A stretch of 64,000 nucleotides of DNA from Pelagomonas calceolata (taxonomy: Eukaryota), in assembly GCA_918797485.1 (NCBI GenBank), contig CAKKNE010000002.1, positions 1,240,001 through 1,304,000 of the forward strand. Direction: 5' to 3'. The translations under genes and the position numbers were made by a program. The stretch's first letter is position 1. Each line of letters starts with the position of its first letter. Below the pieces are notes generated by a model. The model did no database searches. It was not told the DNA's origin and saw nothing but the letters and a program-made list of their open reading frames with translations. Positions 22,775 to 34,739 of the stretch are shown here, one piece after another.

Positions 22775-23304
22775 TTGTTGTTGAAAACACCCCCCTATAT
22801 GTATAAAGTCTAACTCACTTATGCCGTGCGTGTTGCATCGCATCGGCCTAGAGCATCGGCCCTCGCTACGACTCGCTGCTAGGAGTTGGGCGGAGAGCTT
22901 GAAGACTCGGAAGGCCTCTCAATCCAGGCGCACACGTATCGTTGAGGCCGATGGTGCAGCTAGGCCCTTCTGCTGCTTTTGCGGTTTTGCAATTCAAACA
23001 AGCAGCGCCGCTCATAAGACACTTGCGTGGCAACAGAGACCAAGAAAAGACACACGCCGCGCCTCCAGCGTCATAATCGTCACCTCGAAATCTCGCCTTC
23101 ATTGGCCCTCGGCGCATCGCAAATCCGCTGCCGTCCGTCGACCGTAGCTCGCATCACACACACGCTAGCGCTATGTAGCGCTAGCTGTGACGCGAGACGG
23201 CAGCGCGGCGCTGCGAGACCGTCTCGCGCCACACAAAAAACGCGGCCACCGCCGCCGCCACACATTTTCATCACCTTTAACCATGGCTACACGCAGCGCG
23301 CAGC

Positions 23305-26300
23305 ATGCTACGGCGCGCCGCCTGGCTGACGAGCCGCCGCGCGGCCGCCGCGCTCCGCACGCACAAGCCAAGCACTACTCATGTGACCGCCGACGGCATC
23401 GACGGCGCGTCCGTCGGCATCTCGTTACCGGAGGAGACGATCGTGCCCGAGGCCGGCGCCTTCCGCCCGATGACCTACCTCAACGCGTCCACGGTCGTCG
23501 AGGTCAACCCGGCCACCGCCTTCGGCTCCTCTAGCCTTGCGGTCAAGCCAATTTTGGTGGAGCCGCCCAAAACCTTAATTCGCCCACCGTCCATCGGCAC
23601 GAACCTCGTCGGCGGCTCAAGACTCCTGGACTTTGTCAGCGCTTCGTCGACGGCGTCCATCGAGTCCATCCCTAGCCAGTCGCCCATCAAGGCATCGCTC
23701 GACGTCGTGCCCATCAAGACATCGCTCGACGTCGTGCCCATCAAGACGCCCCTCGACGTCGTGGCGACGCTCGAGCTCCCCAAGGCCGACGAAGCAGACC
23801 TCGTCGGCATCTCAAGCCTCCTGAACATCAGCAGCACTTCGCCGACGGCGTCCATCCCCAGCCAGTCACCCATCAAGACGTCGCTCGACGTCGTGACGAC
23901 GCTCGAGCACTCCTACGATGACCAGTCCTCGTCCTGGCGCCCGCCGTCGAAGGCGTTGGCAGTTCTGGTGGCTCTCGGTGTTGTTGGCACTTTGGGCGAG
24001 ATTCAGCCCGACGCCGACTGCGCACGGCTTAAGCAGGGCTTGCGTGGCCCTTCTACCGAGTGTGACTGCCTCAACTTCGCCCAATTTCCCGACGGCGTCG
24101 GCGTCGACGCCTATCCGGACTGGGTGCAGCCGTGTGGTGCTAGGGTTAACGGGAAAAAGGCTCCTGGTAGTGCTGGGCCAGGTGCAGTTGGAGAATCGCG
24201 CCACGGCGTGGCGAAAAACTGCCCCAACTTTCTAGCGCACGAGGAGCTGTTTCTAGGACAGCCCGTCTTTGGCGGCGTCCATAAGGGCACGTCAAGCAAG
24301 TCGTGCGGCGTGCTCGGCAAGCCTACCGATTGTGACTGCATCAACTTCGTGCAACTGCCCGAAGGCGTCGGCCTCGACGCCTATCCGGACTGGAAGCAAC
24401 CGTGTCGTGCTAGAGTGCAGGGGAAAAAGCCTCCTAAAGGCGCTCCCCCTGGGACGATTGGAGAATCACCGCACGGCGTGGCGACGACCTGCTCCAACTA
24501 TTTAGCGTACAAGGATCTGTTCCCACGGGAGAAAGTTTTTGCCGGCGTCTGTAAGAGCACCCACTCGGGCCCGTCGGGCAAGCAAGCCAAGACGCCGCTG
24601 CCACTATCCCAGGAGATCATGAACGGCGTGGACGCGGGCCTCCCTCGCATCAAGACGCTGTTCAACGTCCTCGAGCGCTACCGGCCCATCCTCTCGACGA
24701 TCATCCCGGCCGTCGACGAGAGCCCTAATGTCCGCTCCGCGCGCGAGGCCTGGATCAAGCTGCTGCAGGGCGCGAAGAGTTGCGAGGGCTCGACGCCGAT
24801 AGAGTACAAGATGTTCGACATCGAGAAAATGCAGAAGACGCCGTGGGGGCAGGCGTTGCGCGAGGCTGCGCCCAACTCAACTTTCACGACGCTTGCGTTC
24901 TTTATTTATTTTAACACAGGCGCGACGAGGGCAAGGAGGGCGAGGCCGTCGCGCGCGAGGCGGTCCAGCTCGGCATCGTCACGGCGACGTTGAAACGGGG
25001 CCTGGCCTTCGGCGACCTCAAGGTGGTGCTGGATGATGCGGAGACGAGAGGCCTCGGCGAAGACCGTGTCCGCAACGACCTGACGAGGACGCTGGGCCAC
25101 GGCGACAAGCTGTGCGTCTACGGCCTTTACCCGGAGCGTGATTTGTTGGAGTACTGCAAGTGCCTCGACGGCGTGGACTACATCAACGTCCACGGGGCCG
25201 TGTGTCACGCGATGGGCATGGACCCGCATGGCTATCACCGGAGGCCCGGCTTCGTGGCGCCCTGCCCGATCGCAAGCAGCGGGGAAATGATGGAGCAGCT
25301 GCGGAACGGCGTGTACGCTGAGGTCGTAAAGGACTGGAACGTCACGAGCTACCCGCACGTGGCGGCGCGCTCGCGCCTCGTGGACAAAAAAAAGGGCAAG
25401 GTCGACGACCCGTCGTTCATGGCGTTGCTGGCGGCGGATTTCGCCAATGCCGGTTTGGACGGGTTGCGGGCGGCCTGGACGGGGACCGACGCGTTCCTGG
25501 AGGGCAAGGTCGTGACGCTGCCGCCGCGGCCCACGGATCTCAAGAGCTGGTACGTGGACAACCCCTCGTACGACGTGCCTCGGGAGCAGCGCCCCGACTA
25601 CCAGGAACCGAAGAAGCCCTCCAAGAAGAAGGAGGTGAAGACGGCGGCCATCCCCGACGTCGCTTTCAACGAGTCGACCTTTGTCTTCGAGGGCTGCGAG
25701 CATTACATCCGCGACGTGGTCTCCGTGGACGGCGTGATCTGCGTGGACCACTATCAGAAGGCCCTCGACAAAGGGGACTTCATTACGTTGGTCCGGACGC
25801 CGTTGGAAGAGCTCATGTCCAACGGGACGACGTCGGCGCCGGCGCCTGGCGCCATGCAGGCGCCGCCGAACTTCGGGAAGGACATCCGCAGCTATTTCGC
25901 GCCCGCCGCCACCGCTTCGGCCGCAGCGCCGACGGCGGGCGAGGCGCTCCCTGCCGCTGGCACGGATTTTCCGAAGATCCCGTTCAACCCGCGGGACTTC
26001 GACCTCAAGCCCGGTGCAACGGTCCCGACCACGCAGCCCACGAAGAATATTAGATGGGCGTTGCGATTGACGGAGTTACAAATGGACGAGGATGGCGACG
26101 CCAAAAACATGTGGAGACCGAGACAGAGACAGTCCGCACTCCGGCAGGCCGCCGCGGCGACGGCGCGGCGCGTCGTCGCACCGGTCGTCGAACCGGCCTC
26201 GCCGCCCGGCTCGCCGCAGCACGAGTCGTCTTCGACGCCGACGCCGTTCCAGCCCGAGGTCACGGACCTCACCTACTCGCCGCCGCCGCCGCGGACGCCG

Positions 26301-26834
26301 TCCCAGGAGCGCGAGGTCATCGACGTCACGGCCGACTCGCAGCCGTCGCCGAAGCTGTCGCCGACGCTGCCGCCGTCGCTGTCGCCCTCTGAGCCCATGG
26401 TCACGGACTCGCCGCCGTCGCCGACGCCGTCGCCGGCGCTGTCGCCGACGCTGCCGCCGTCGCTGCCGCCGTCGCTGCCGCCCTCTGAGCCCATGGTCAC
26501 GGACTCGCAGCCGTCGCCGACGCTGTCGCCGATGCTGCCGCGCCGAGTGCTGTCGCCGCCGACGACGTTGTCGCCGACGCCGCCGCTGCCGCCGTCGCCC
26601 CCCCAGTCCATCACGGACCTCACCTACTCGCCGCCGCCGTCGCCGACGCTCTCGCCGACGCCGCGCTCGCCGCCGCCGCGCGCGCCCGCGGCGCGCGCGC
26701 CGCGGGCGGAGTCCGTCGCGCCGCCGGGGCTGGCCACGAAGAGACACCGCCCACCCCAGCGCACGACGAAGGTGCCGCGCAAGCGGGTGCGCCTCAACCC
26801 CGCCGAGGAGCCCGACCCGGTGGCCCTGGCGTGA
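23305..26834 (+). CDS. Large hypothetical protein with a duplicated 90-aa Cys/His module and an S/P-rich repeat tail; intron 24858-24919
   Basis: ORFs 23305..24993 and 24990..26834 join in frame (QAL|RDEG) across a 62-nt GC-AG intron. Confidence 0.6.
24061..24550 (+). repeat. Tandem duplication with a 270-nt period (Cys/His module)
   Basis: tgtgactgc.tcaacttcg at 24061 and 24331; gacgcctatccggactgg and cacggcgtggcga each occur twice. Confidence 0.85.
24866..24919. mobile_element. Strongly decayed introner; GC-AG intron 24858-24919
   Basis: TSD gcgcgagg / gcgcgacg (7/8) flanks ctgcg...cacag. Interior is shortened and AT-rich. Confidence 0.65.
26260..26680 (+). repeat. Coding Ser/Pro-rich imperfect repeats (LSPTLPPS, EPMVTDS, TDLTYSPPP)
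   Basis: acggacctcacctactcgccgccgccg occurs twice; ccctctgagcccatggtcacggactcgc occurs twice. Confidence 0.8.
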
Positions 26835-27047
26835 GGGCGCTTCTCCCTTCCCCGACGTTCCTCTCTCATTCCCCGCCCCTTGATCCCCCGGCCTCCCGTT
26901 ATCTCTCGGGTAAGGCTTTCGTGTGAATACCGGTTACTTAGCTTGATATCTAGTCGCGTCGACAGCGGCTCGCGGACGTAGCAAGCGCGCAGAGCCGCCC
27001 GGGCGAGGCCGCCAGGGGGTCGACGACAGGGGCATAAGTATGTTAAA

Positions 27048-27551
27048 CTACTTATGCCTCGACGTCCCCCGTTGCGCGGCCTCGCACATGATTCGGTGGA
27101 AGCACTCATAATCATCCATGGCCTGGATCCGCTCGACGAACTCCGAGTAGTTGTCGTCTTCGAACAGGAAGCCCTCGCCGCCGGCCAAGGCGCACTGCAC
27201 GTCCTTCATGAAGGCCTCGATCGTCCCATTATTCTTTTTGACCAACGCCTCGAGGATCTCCTCCATGATCTCGTTGTACTCGGCATGAGCGCTCCGCCAC
27301 CGCTCCGCCTGCTTGATGGGCGTGCCCGCGCCCGTCCGATCCCCATCCAGCGCCGTTTCGAAATCGGCCGCGTGGGCATTGACGAACTGCGTCAGCTCCG
27401 ATTTCTCCCCGAAGAGGTGCTCGTTCGCGTCGGCGGCCACGTACATGAGCAATTCGTTTTCATCGAAATCCTGCTTCTCCTCGGTCTTCGTCTCGGCGCT
27501 CTGAGCACTGCTGGCCGCGCTGTCCATCGACTTGGACTCGGCGCGCGGCAT
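27048..27551 (-). CDS. BART (ARL2-binding) domain protein, CFAP36-like
   Basis: F...H...F, HAEYNEIMEEILE, I.AMDDYECFHRIM pattern. Confidence 0.65.
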   Translation of the reverse strand: MPRAESKSMDSAASSAQSAETKTEEKQDFDENELLMYVAADANEHLFGEKSELTQFVNAHAADFETALDGDRTGAGTPIKQAERWRSAHAEYNEIMEEILEALVKKNNGTIEAFMKDVQCALAGGEGFLFEDDNYSEFVERIQAMDDYECFHRIMCEAAQRGTSRHK

Positions 27552-28036
27552 CCTTGCTAGGCAGTGGCAAGGTGCCCTCCCAGGGGTGTGGTGTTATGGC
27601 TCGTTACTGCGTCGATGCGCTGCCCCGCGCAGGAATTCTGCGCCTTGGCTCCTGTACGACGGCTGGCAAATGTGTCTGGCGTGCCGCACGTCGCGTGTTC
27701 CAGCAGGTGCTCTTTGCAACGCGAGAGTGGCTCTCACGCAGCAACCCCGCACCCATTTTACGACCACAAGCCATCCAGGGAGCCTGTGTGGGAAAGCCTG
27801 CGTTGGAACGCCGCGTCCCACGCGTCGCGTCAAACCCGAACCCGAACCCAATTGGCCAAAAGTTTGTGTCATCACCTCATCGATAATAATTGCAAAAGCA
27901 CTGCCCTTCGTGCGCTGCACGCTCAGGACATCGTTGCTGAGGCTGCCCATTCGAAGACAGCGTCGCCCATCGTTGCTGAGGCTGCCCGACCGGTGCAATA
28001 ACCACCACGGCTATCCGCCGGCGCAGCGCGCGCCTC

Positions 28037-29056
28037 ATGGCCCGCGAGGCAAGCTACAAGCAAGTGCCCCAGCAGGAGGATGCATCCGAAAAAAAGCCCC
28101 ACGGCCTGAGCCCCGCCAGAGCTGCGGCGGCGACGGTCCTCTACTGCCTCGCCGGCCCGTCGCTCATCTTCCTGAACAAACACATACTCGTGGAAGTAGA
28201 ATTTCCCTATGGTTCCGCGTTATCTTTATTGGGTGTGACGATGTCCACCTTGCTCTCGATAATTGCATTGATGCTGGGCTGGTTCCCCTGCGACCAGACT
28301 CGGTCGTTGACGCCGCAGACGTACTGCACGCGCGTGCTGCCGATTGGCATCGCGCTCGGGCTGTGTCTGACTACTGGTAATGTGGCCTACCTCTATAACA
28401 GTGTAGCATTCATCCAAATACTAAAAGCCTTTGCGCCGGTCGTGTTGTTATTGGTATTATTTGCGGCTAGATTGGAAAAGCCGTCAGCCACGCTCATAGC
28501 CTCGATCATGATTATTTCGGGAGGGACCGCAGTAGCTGTGAGGGGGGAAGTGGAGCTTTCCTTGATCGGCGTCGCCTACATGCTCGCGTCCGAATTTTTC
28601 GAGGCCGTCAAGCTCGTCATGACGCAAATACTGTTGGTAGATCGGAAATTTGGTTCCGTGGAAGGACTAGCAGTTGTAGGACCGGCAGCAATGGCGGCGT
28701 TGTGCGTCTGCACGATTCTGGGAGAGGACTGGCGGGACGCGATGGAGAAGGTCGGGGAACGGCCGCTGCTGTTCCTGGCAGCTTCATTAGGTGGTGTGGT
28801 CGTAAACTTGGCCACAAACATGATGGTCGCGGCGACGTCGGCGCTGACTTTGAGGGTTACGTCGCTACTGCGGAACATCGGCATCGTCTTCGTCTCTACC
28901 GCTATTCTGAGAGATTCGACCCTCACATTGCTGGAAGGCGTCGGTTTTTGTATTGCGTTGACAGGATTCGTTTTGTATCAGCACGCGCGGCGGAACCCGA
29001 CGCACTCCTTCGCCGACATCTGGAGAGATCTCACGACGTTCTGCGGGGGACGGTAA
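28037..29056 (+). CDS. TPT / nucleotide-sugar transporter family (DMT superfamily)
   Basis: IFLNKHIL..FPY, GNVAYLYNSVAFIQILKAF.P, TSALTL, about 9-10 hydrophobic segments. Confidence 0.88.
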   Translation: MAREASYKQVPQQEDASEKKPHGLSPARAAAATVLYCLAGPSLIFLNKHILVEVEFPYGSALSLLGVTMSTLLSIIALMLGWFPCDQTRSLTPQTYCTRVLPIGIALGLCLTTGNVAYLYNSVAFIQILKAFAPVVLLLVLFAARLEKPSATLIASIMIISGGTAVAVRGEVELSLIGVAYMLASEFFEAVKLVMTQILLVDRKFGSVEGLAVVGPAAMAALCVCTILGEDWRDAMEKVGERPLLFLAASLGGVVVNLATNMMVAATSALTLRVTSLLRNIGIVFVSTAILRDSTLTLLEGVGFCIALTGFVLYQHARRNPTHSFADIWRDLTTFCGGR

Positions 29057-29072
29057 CCTTACGCAACATAGC

Positions 29073-29777
29073 CTATTTCACGGGCACGCCGACCCACTTC
29101 CGGGGCGGCAGCTCCGCCTCCTCGCCCTCGGCGGCCTCGGGCACCTCGCCGTCCGGCTCGTACGCGCCCTCCTGCGTGATCAAGTCGCCGGTGGCCGTCA
29201 GGAAGTTGTACTTGCCCGGCCCGATGGGCTGGCCGTCCTTGGCGAAGGTGCCGACGTAGGACCCGGCGTCCTTGAACTGCCACTCGCCCTCCTTGAACGT
29301 GCCGCCCTCCCACGTCCCGTCGAGCTTCGACTTGCACTTGCCGAACTCGTACGTGCCCGCGCCCTCCTTCAAGCCTTCGACGTAGGCGCCCGAATAAATA
29401 TCGTCCGAGGCCTTGTACTTGTACGTGCCGACCCCATGCATCTTCGACTCCTTCCACTCGCCCGTATACACATCACCATTAGGATAGGTCATGGTCCCGA
29501 CGCCGTCGCGCTTCCCGTCCTTGTACTCGCCCTCATACGTCGCGGAGACGACCTGTTCTTCCACACCTTCTTCCTCGCTGGCCGCCATCCACGTGTACTT
29601 GCCCTGGCCGTGCTTCATCTTCTCATCATTAAACTCTCCTTCATACACGGCGCCGGAGTTGTACGTCACTCGGGCCTTGCCCGCGCGCGCGATCCAGGTG
29701 AAGACGCGCTCCTCCTCGGGCGCGTCCTCGGCGCAGTCGAGGTACTCGACCTTGTAATTGGACTCCTCGTCGGCCAT
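29073..29777 (-). CDS. MORN-repeat protein (radial spoke head 1-like)
   Basis: Repeated YEGE....HGQGKYTW / YTGEWKESKMHGVGTY units. Confidence 0.85.
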   Translation of the reverse strand: MADEESNYKVEYLDCAEDAPEEERVFTWIARAGKARVTYNSGAVYEGEFNDEKMKHGQGKYTWMAASEEEGVEEQVVSATYEGEYKDGKRDGVGTMTYPNGDVYTGEWKESKMHGVGTYKYKASDDIYSGAYVEGLKEGAGTYEFGKCKSKLDGTWEGGTFKEGEWQFKDAGSYVGTFAKDGQPIGPGKYNFLTATGDLITQEGAYEPDGEVPEAAEGEEAELPPRKWVGVPVK

Positions 29778-30065
29778 GGCTGCCTCTCCCTTTGGCCCTT
29801 TGGAACTGGTTGGAGCCGTGCGTCCGGGCTGCCCCGGGTGCCTCTTTTGGCCGCCCTTTTCGGCTGCCTTTTGAGCGCGCCGGACAGGCCGCTGTCCATG
29901 TACGCTAGTTACATCTAGGCCTTGTGGCGGGCCTCAGAGGCGCCGATTTGCCCGTCATCTAGTCCTCCAGAGCTCTCGGCGGCGAGTCCGGCCGCTGGAG
30001 TCGGAGACGAGCCCGCGCGCGGCACGCGGGGTGCGCAGGCGTACTAGAGGACAGACAACACACAC

Positions 30066-31280
30066 TTAGACACGCGCTCGCTTCGCCGGGACGTCTTCGC
30101 CCTCGTCGGCAAGCGCCAATAGCCGCTGGCGCAACCGCAGGGACGCGGCGTCGCCCGCGTCGGCTAAAGACGCCGCCACCGCGTCGACGTTCGAGCCGTC
30201 CACGAAATTCGTCGCGATGCCGACCGTCACGCCGTCGTTGTCGACGGCGTGCGGGCAGTCCGACGGCACAAATACAATATCACCAGGTTTCTGGCAGACG
30301 ACCCAGCGCGGTTGCGCCGCGCCCGCCCTCGCGGCGTCGAACAGCACATCATCGGCGGACACAGCGAACCGTGGGTAGAGGAAGGCCGCGTCCTCGCGCC
30401 GCCAGACGCGCCACTTCTTCGCGCCGCCGTGGACGAGGGCCATGGCGAAGTGCAGCGACCCGCTGTCGACGTGGCACGTCGACCGCGTGCCCGGCGCGCC
30501 CACGAACAGCGACGGCCACGCGCCGGCGTAGGGCACGTCGTCGCCGCAGCGGCGCAATAAGTCGCCGCGCAGCCACCGCGGCGTCCTCAGTTCGTCGAGG
30601 AGCGCCTCCGGCGCGTTCCGCGGCAGCGACCAGTCGTGGAGGTACAGTCCTTCGTCGGGCCGCTCCAGGAAGGCGCCGAGCGGCAGCTGCCCCTTCGTGC
30701 CGAGCCCGGCCCAGGACTCGCCGCTCGACGGCGCGTCGGCGGCCTTGAGCGGAGCGCTCTTGGCGCCGAGCGATGCAGCGAGGGCCGCCGGCGCCCAGGC
30801 GCCGCGGGCCGCGACGCAGGCGTCGGCGCCGCCCTCGACAAGCACAGGCTCGCCGCGCGCGAGGAACGCGGCGACGGCGGCGGCTGACGCGTCTTTTTCT
30901 AGCCGCGGCACTTCCTCGGTCGCGGCTGCCTCGGGCATAGGAGCCGTCGCGCAGTCGCGCAGGTAGCAGGTCCGCCGCCGCCATCGTCGTAAATCGTCGA
31001 GGCCGTCGTACTGGTCGCGGCGCTCGGCTATAACCGTGGCGCGGGTCAGCAAGTCGGCGGCCTCCTCAAGCGCATCGCGGCGATCGGCATCGTTCCGTGT
31101 CGCGTGTTCGAGCCACAGCGCCAGCGACGCGTCGCGGTCGATGGACGGGCGCTGGCCGCGCAGTTGTTCGATCTCGCTGCGGCAGAGGTCACTCGTGTCC
31201 GGATCCTGGCTCGCAGCGATTCGTCCTTCACGGATCTCGCGACGCTTCCAGCGAGCTATGACGGCTTGTGGCAAGTCCAT
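30066..31280 (-). CDS. JmjC / cupin-like 2OG-Fe(II) oxygenase
   Basis: YLHDWSLP, WPSLFVG, HVD, KKW, Q.PGDIVFVPS..PHAV.N, NFVD. Confidence 0.85.
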   Translation of the reverse strand: MDLPQAVIARWKRREIREGRIAASQDPDTSDLCRSEIEQLRGQRPSIDRDASLALWLEHATRNDADRRDALEEAADLLTRATVIAERRDQYDGLDDLRRWRRRTCYLRDCATAPMPEAAATEEVPRLEKDASAAAVAAFLARGEPVLVEGGADACVAARGAWAPAALAASLGAKSAPLKAADAPSSGESWAGLGTKGQLPLGAFLERPDEGLYLHDWSLPRNAPEALLDELRTPRWLRGDLLRRCGDDVPYAGAWPSLFVGAPGTRSTCHVDSGSLHFAMALVHGGAKKWRVWRREDAAFLYPRFAVSADDVLFDAARAGAAQPRWVVCQKPGDIVFVPSDCPHAVDNDGVTVGIATNFVDGSNVDAVAASLADAGDAASLRLRQRLLALADEGEDVPAKRARV

Positions 31281-31796
31281 TTAGTTGCTCACTGCCATAT
31301 GGCCACACGGATGCTTTTCGCAGGCCCTTCTGTACAGGGCAGGAGAAGAGCTACTCAGAAGTGCCTTGCATGCGATAAATAGCTCGCATAGCCGCGAAAC
31401 GCTTGAGATCTTGGCAACGCGACCTAGCGGACTAAGACACTAGCAAGCAAGCAATAAGCCTCTGTGAAAAAAGGCCGCGTTTACGCCAACGCGTGCCCGC
31501 CGTACAGTCACTGGCAAGCAGCGTTTCCTACGCGTCGTCATTGTGCTGTAGGCCAAGCCGCGTCATCGCCGGTGAAGCACAGCCCCAGCTCTGCCGCCTC
31601 GCCGCCGCCGCGCCGCGAGCTGCCCGCGCACGAGCCGCCCGCCGCCGCGCGCCGTCCGTGCCACCCGTGTGGGCCGTTCGCCGCGCCGCGCACATTTATC
31701 CGCCGCGAGCCGCCGCGAGCCGCGCGCACACCACCCGCTTGCGAGAGCGCGCGTGGGCTGTTAAGCTCGCCGCCGTAGCGCCGCAGCGGGACCAAG

Positions 31797-32123
31797 ATGT
31801 CCGCGATGGAGGACAAGGAGGGCGGCGCCGAGGACGAGTTCGCGACGGGCCCCCTCTCTCTCCTATTGCACAGCATGCGCACGAACTCGCAAGTACTGAT
31901 TAATGTCCGGAACAACCACAAACTGCTCGCGCGGGTCAAGGCGTTTGATAGGCACTGCAACATGGTTTTGGAGAACGTGAAGGAGGTCTGGACCGAGGTC
32001 CCGAAGACGGGCAAGGGCAAGAAGAAGGCCAAGCCCGTGAACAAGGAGCGGTACATCTCGAAGATGTTCCTGCGGGGGGACTCCGTGATTTTGGTGTTGC
32101 GGAACCCGAACCTCGGGGCCTAA
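31797..32123 (+). CDS. SNRPD2: Small nuclear ribonucleoprotein Sm D2
   Basis: [38 protein letters not shown]...[16 protein letters not shown]. Confidence 0.97.
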   Translation: MSAMEDKEGGAEDEFATGPLSLLLHSMRTNSQVLINVRNNHKLLARVKAFDRHCNMVLENVKEVWTEVPKTGKGKKKAKPVNKERYISKMFLRGDSVILVLRNPNLGA

Positions 32124-34063
32124 GATTTCTTACGATTATCTACCAAATTCCGCTTGCCGTCCTTCGTGTACCAGCCGATGCCGACCATTTTTCCGGAAGA
32201 CCACTTGCCCTCGTACTTCGCGCCGCTCACGAAGTCGTAGGCGCCCGGCCCGTGCTTTCGCCCGAACAACCAGTGGCCGTCGTGGACGTCGCCGTTGAAG
32301 AGCACTACTCTCTCTTTTTTCGCGGTGCGTTCCTTTTCCTCCGCCTTGGCGACGGTCTCTCCACTCATTTCGGCCAAAGCCTCCGCGGCGTCGGTTCTAT
32401 TGAGAATAGTGGACGCGACTGCCGAGCGCCCGAGTCCTAGCCGTCGACAATAGCGCTCGGGGAAGAGCTCCACCAGTAACGCCGCCAGAGATGTAGAATC
32501 GAGCGGCACGCACAGGGACGACCGGTCGGGCAGCGGCGCCCCCGGGTGCGCCCGCGCGTAGTTCTCGGCCAGGCCCAAAGCCACGACCTCGTGCAGGAAG
32601 CTACACGACGCCTGGGCCGTCGACGCGGCCACCGCGGTGAGCATGTCATCAGCGTCTGGGGCCTGGACGCGCGGCGCGAGATCTAATACATATGTCGCGT
32701 CGTCTAGTGTTGTCGAGGGTGGCGTGTCCGTCCACTCTACCTTGGCCGAGGCAGCACCAATAGAAACGCCGCCGCCGACAAACGCGGCGCCCGACTGCAT
32801 GTCCACGGCCGGCTCAAAAGGGAGCCAGCGCGGCGTCGCTGTCATTGTTGATGTACTCTCGAAGAACCTTGATAATAAAGCGTAGGGCACCAAGTCCGTG
32901 TCCCTTTTTGCTGCTAAGAGTACAGAACTGAGGGACGCGGCGCATCTCAGTAGTGACACGAAGTAGGCCATCCTATCGTGATTCTCGGGAGGCTGCCAAT
33001 GACCAAGGGGAGCTCTTGGAATGGGCACGCGCGGCAGCATCTTCTGACACAGTAACTCGCCTCGTTTCGCGACCTCTTGCGCGGCCTGTGATCCGGACCC
33101 GGCGTGGATGGCCACGCTCCACGGTATCGAGGCTCTCGCATGCAACGTCCGTCTCCCATCAGTCTCCTCGTCACAGACCTCGAGCACCTCCATCTGGGCC
33201 TTGACGTCCGCGCCCGTCGCGTCGCCGTCCCAGGTTCGTTCCCACTCGACCTTCCAGTCCCTTACCGTACTGTCGCCGAACATCTGATCCGACGTCCGGA
33301 AGGACTTGTAATTTTGTGAGATGGTCGCGAGGGGGTCCTCGGCGGGTCCTTTTAAGTGGGAAGGCCACTCGCGCTGCGCATTCGGCCCCCAGTCGTAGGT
33401 TGCGCACTCCTTCTCAAGAAACGTATCGCGTTCCTCACAATCTAGGAACAAGCCACCATGAGCCGTGCCACCCACGGCCTTCAACGCCACGTCCAATTCG
33501 AGGCAGCACCTCCCAATGAGCGTGCCGCGGTAGCACGGATGTAAGGTTGATAACCTTTTGGCGCCCCGGTCGCACGTCGACTCGAGAGATAACCAAGGCA
33601 ACGCGCCGTAGGCGTAGACGCCGCAGGCTAATTCGGACGCGACGCGATCGATATCTTCCGGTCTTGGTCGGCCGCAGTCCGCAAATGACAATTTCACCGT
33701 CGTCGGCCGCGCGTCGCCGGACCGAAATAAACCAGGTAAGGCCACGGCGCCGGTCGAGACGCCCTTGACCTCCTGGCGCATCTTCCGCACCATGGCCTCG
33801 GGCGGCATGACGACGCGCGGCGCGCGCGCGTAGGCGCCCTGGCCGTCGACCGGCAGCGCCGCGGGCCCGGGCGGCGGCGGCCGGCGCTTCGCCTGCGCGG
33901 CGTTGAGGCCCGCGCCGGCCGCGTGGCCCACGGGGTCCGTCATCTCGCGCAGCACGCGCGCTCGGAACTCCGCATCAGTCTCCGCCTCGCGCGCGGCGTC
34001 GGCGCGGCGCTGCTGGGCCTGGCGCTGCTTCAGCTTCTCGGCGAAGGACTGCTCGGACCGCAT
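32120..34063 (-). CDS. Hypothetical protein with C-terminal MORN repeats
   Basis: 647-aa [21 protein letters not shown] and [17 protein letters not shown] near the end. Confidence 0.6.
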   Translation of the reverse strand: MRSEQSFAEKLKQRQAQQRRADAAREAETDAEFRARVLREMTDPVGHAAGAGLNAAQAKRRPPPPGPAALPVDGQGAYARAPRVVMPPEAMVRKMRQEVKGVSTGAVALPGLFRSGDARPTTVKLSFADCGRPRPEDIDRVASELACGVYAYGALPWLSLESTCDRGAKRLSTLHPCYRGTLIGRCCLELDVALKAVGGTAHGGLFLDCEERDTFLEKECATYDWGPNAQREWPSHLKGPAEDPLATISQNYKSFRTSDQMFGDSTVRDWKVEWERTWDGDATGADVKAQMEVLEVCDEETDGRRTLHARASIPWSVAIHAGSGSQAAQEVAKRGELLCQKMLPRVPIPRAPLGHWQPPENHDRMAYFVSLLRCAASLSSVLLAAKRDTDLVPYALLSRFFESTSTMTATPRWLPFEPAVDMQSGAAFVGGGVSIGAASAKVEWTDTPPSTTLDDATYVLDLAPRVQAPDADDMLTAVAASTAQASCSFLHEVVALGLAENYARAHPGAPLPDRSSLCVPLDSTSLAALLVELFPERYCRRLGLGRSAVASTILNRTDAAEALAEMSGETVAKAEEKERTAKKERVVLFNGDVHDGHWLFGRKHGPGAYDFVSGAKYEGKWSSGKMVGIGWYTKDGKRNLVDNRKKS

Positions 34064-34739
34064 CGTCGTCCTATCGGCTGCCCATTCGCATTGTCACCGG
34101 TTGGCACCGATGGCTGCCCAAGGTTGGGGCAGGAGGATGGCTCCCGGGCGCGACGTCGTCGCCGGGGGCGGGAGGCGTGTTCAAACCGACTACGCGAAGA
34201 AAAAGCGGCCAAAATCGAATAGTAGGCTAGTAGGATTACTCAAATCGAGGCCGCTGAGCGCGAGCGGGCAACAGGCATTTGTTGCCCAGAGAACGAACTA
34301 TGAGGTGAGACCGAGCATACGAAAGCATTGGTGCCCTACCCTCGACGCCGTCGCTCCGACCCCGGAAAGGCTGCCTCGCGCAACACAAGGGGCGCCGCGC
34401 GGCTGCTGCCATGGCGCCTTCTTCGCTGGAGAGGAGTGGGCCGCCGCGCGGCCGCAGCGCGCCGTACACGCCGGCCCGCTCGCACCGCGGGGTCCCAACG
34501 AGCCCCCTTGACAAAAGCGGCGGCCCCACGCCGCCTTTTTATCAAAACCACGCCCCGCGGAAAAAGGCCGACAAATCCCACACAGGTGTTCCCGGTGCCT
34601 CGTCGCCCTCGCGGCGTGCGGTGATGCGCTGTCGCCCTTCCAGATCCTGAAGAGCCCGATCAAGAAGCTGCTCGGCAAGGACGCGGCGGCGCCCGCGACG
34701 GGCGCGCCGGACCCGTTCCTCAAGGACTTCTCGCGGCCC

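Noticed and set aside
24900..24993. Programmed frameshift between the two overlapping long ORFs
   Set aside because: More simply explained by an intron ending at cacag 24919.
26054..26883. Arg-rich overlapping ORFs (RRRCRRRC)
   Set aside because: Alternate-frame readings of the Ser/Pro repeat region.
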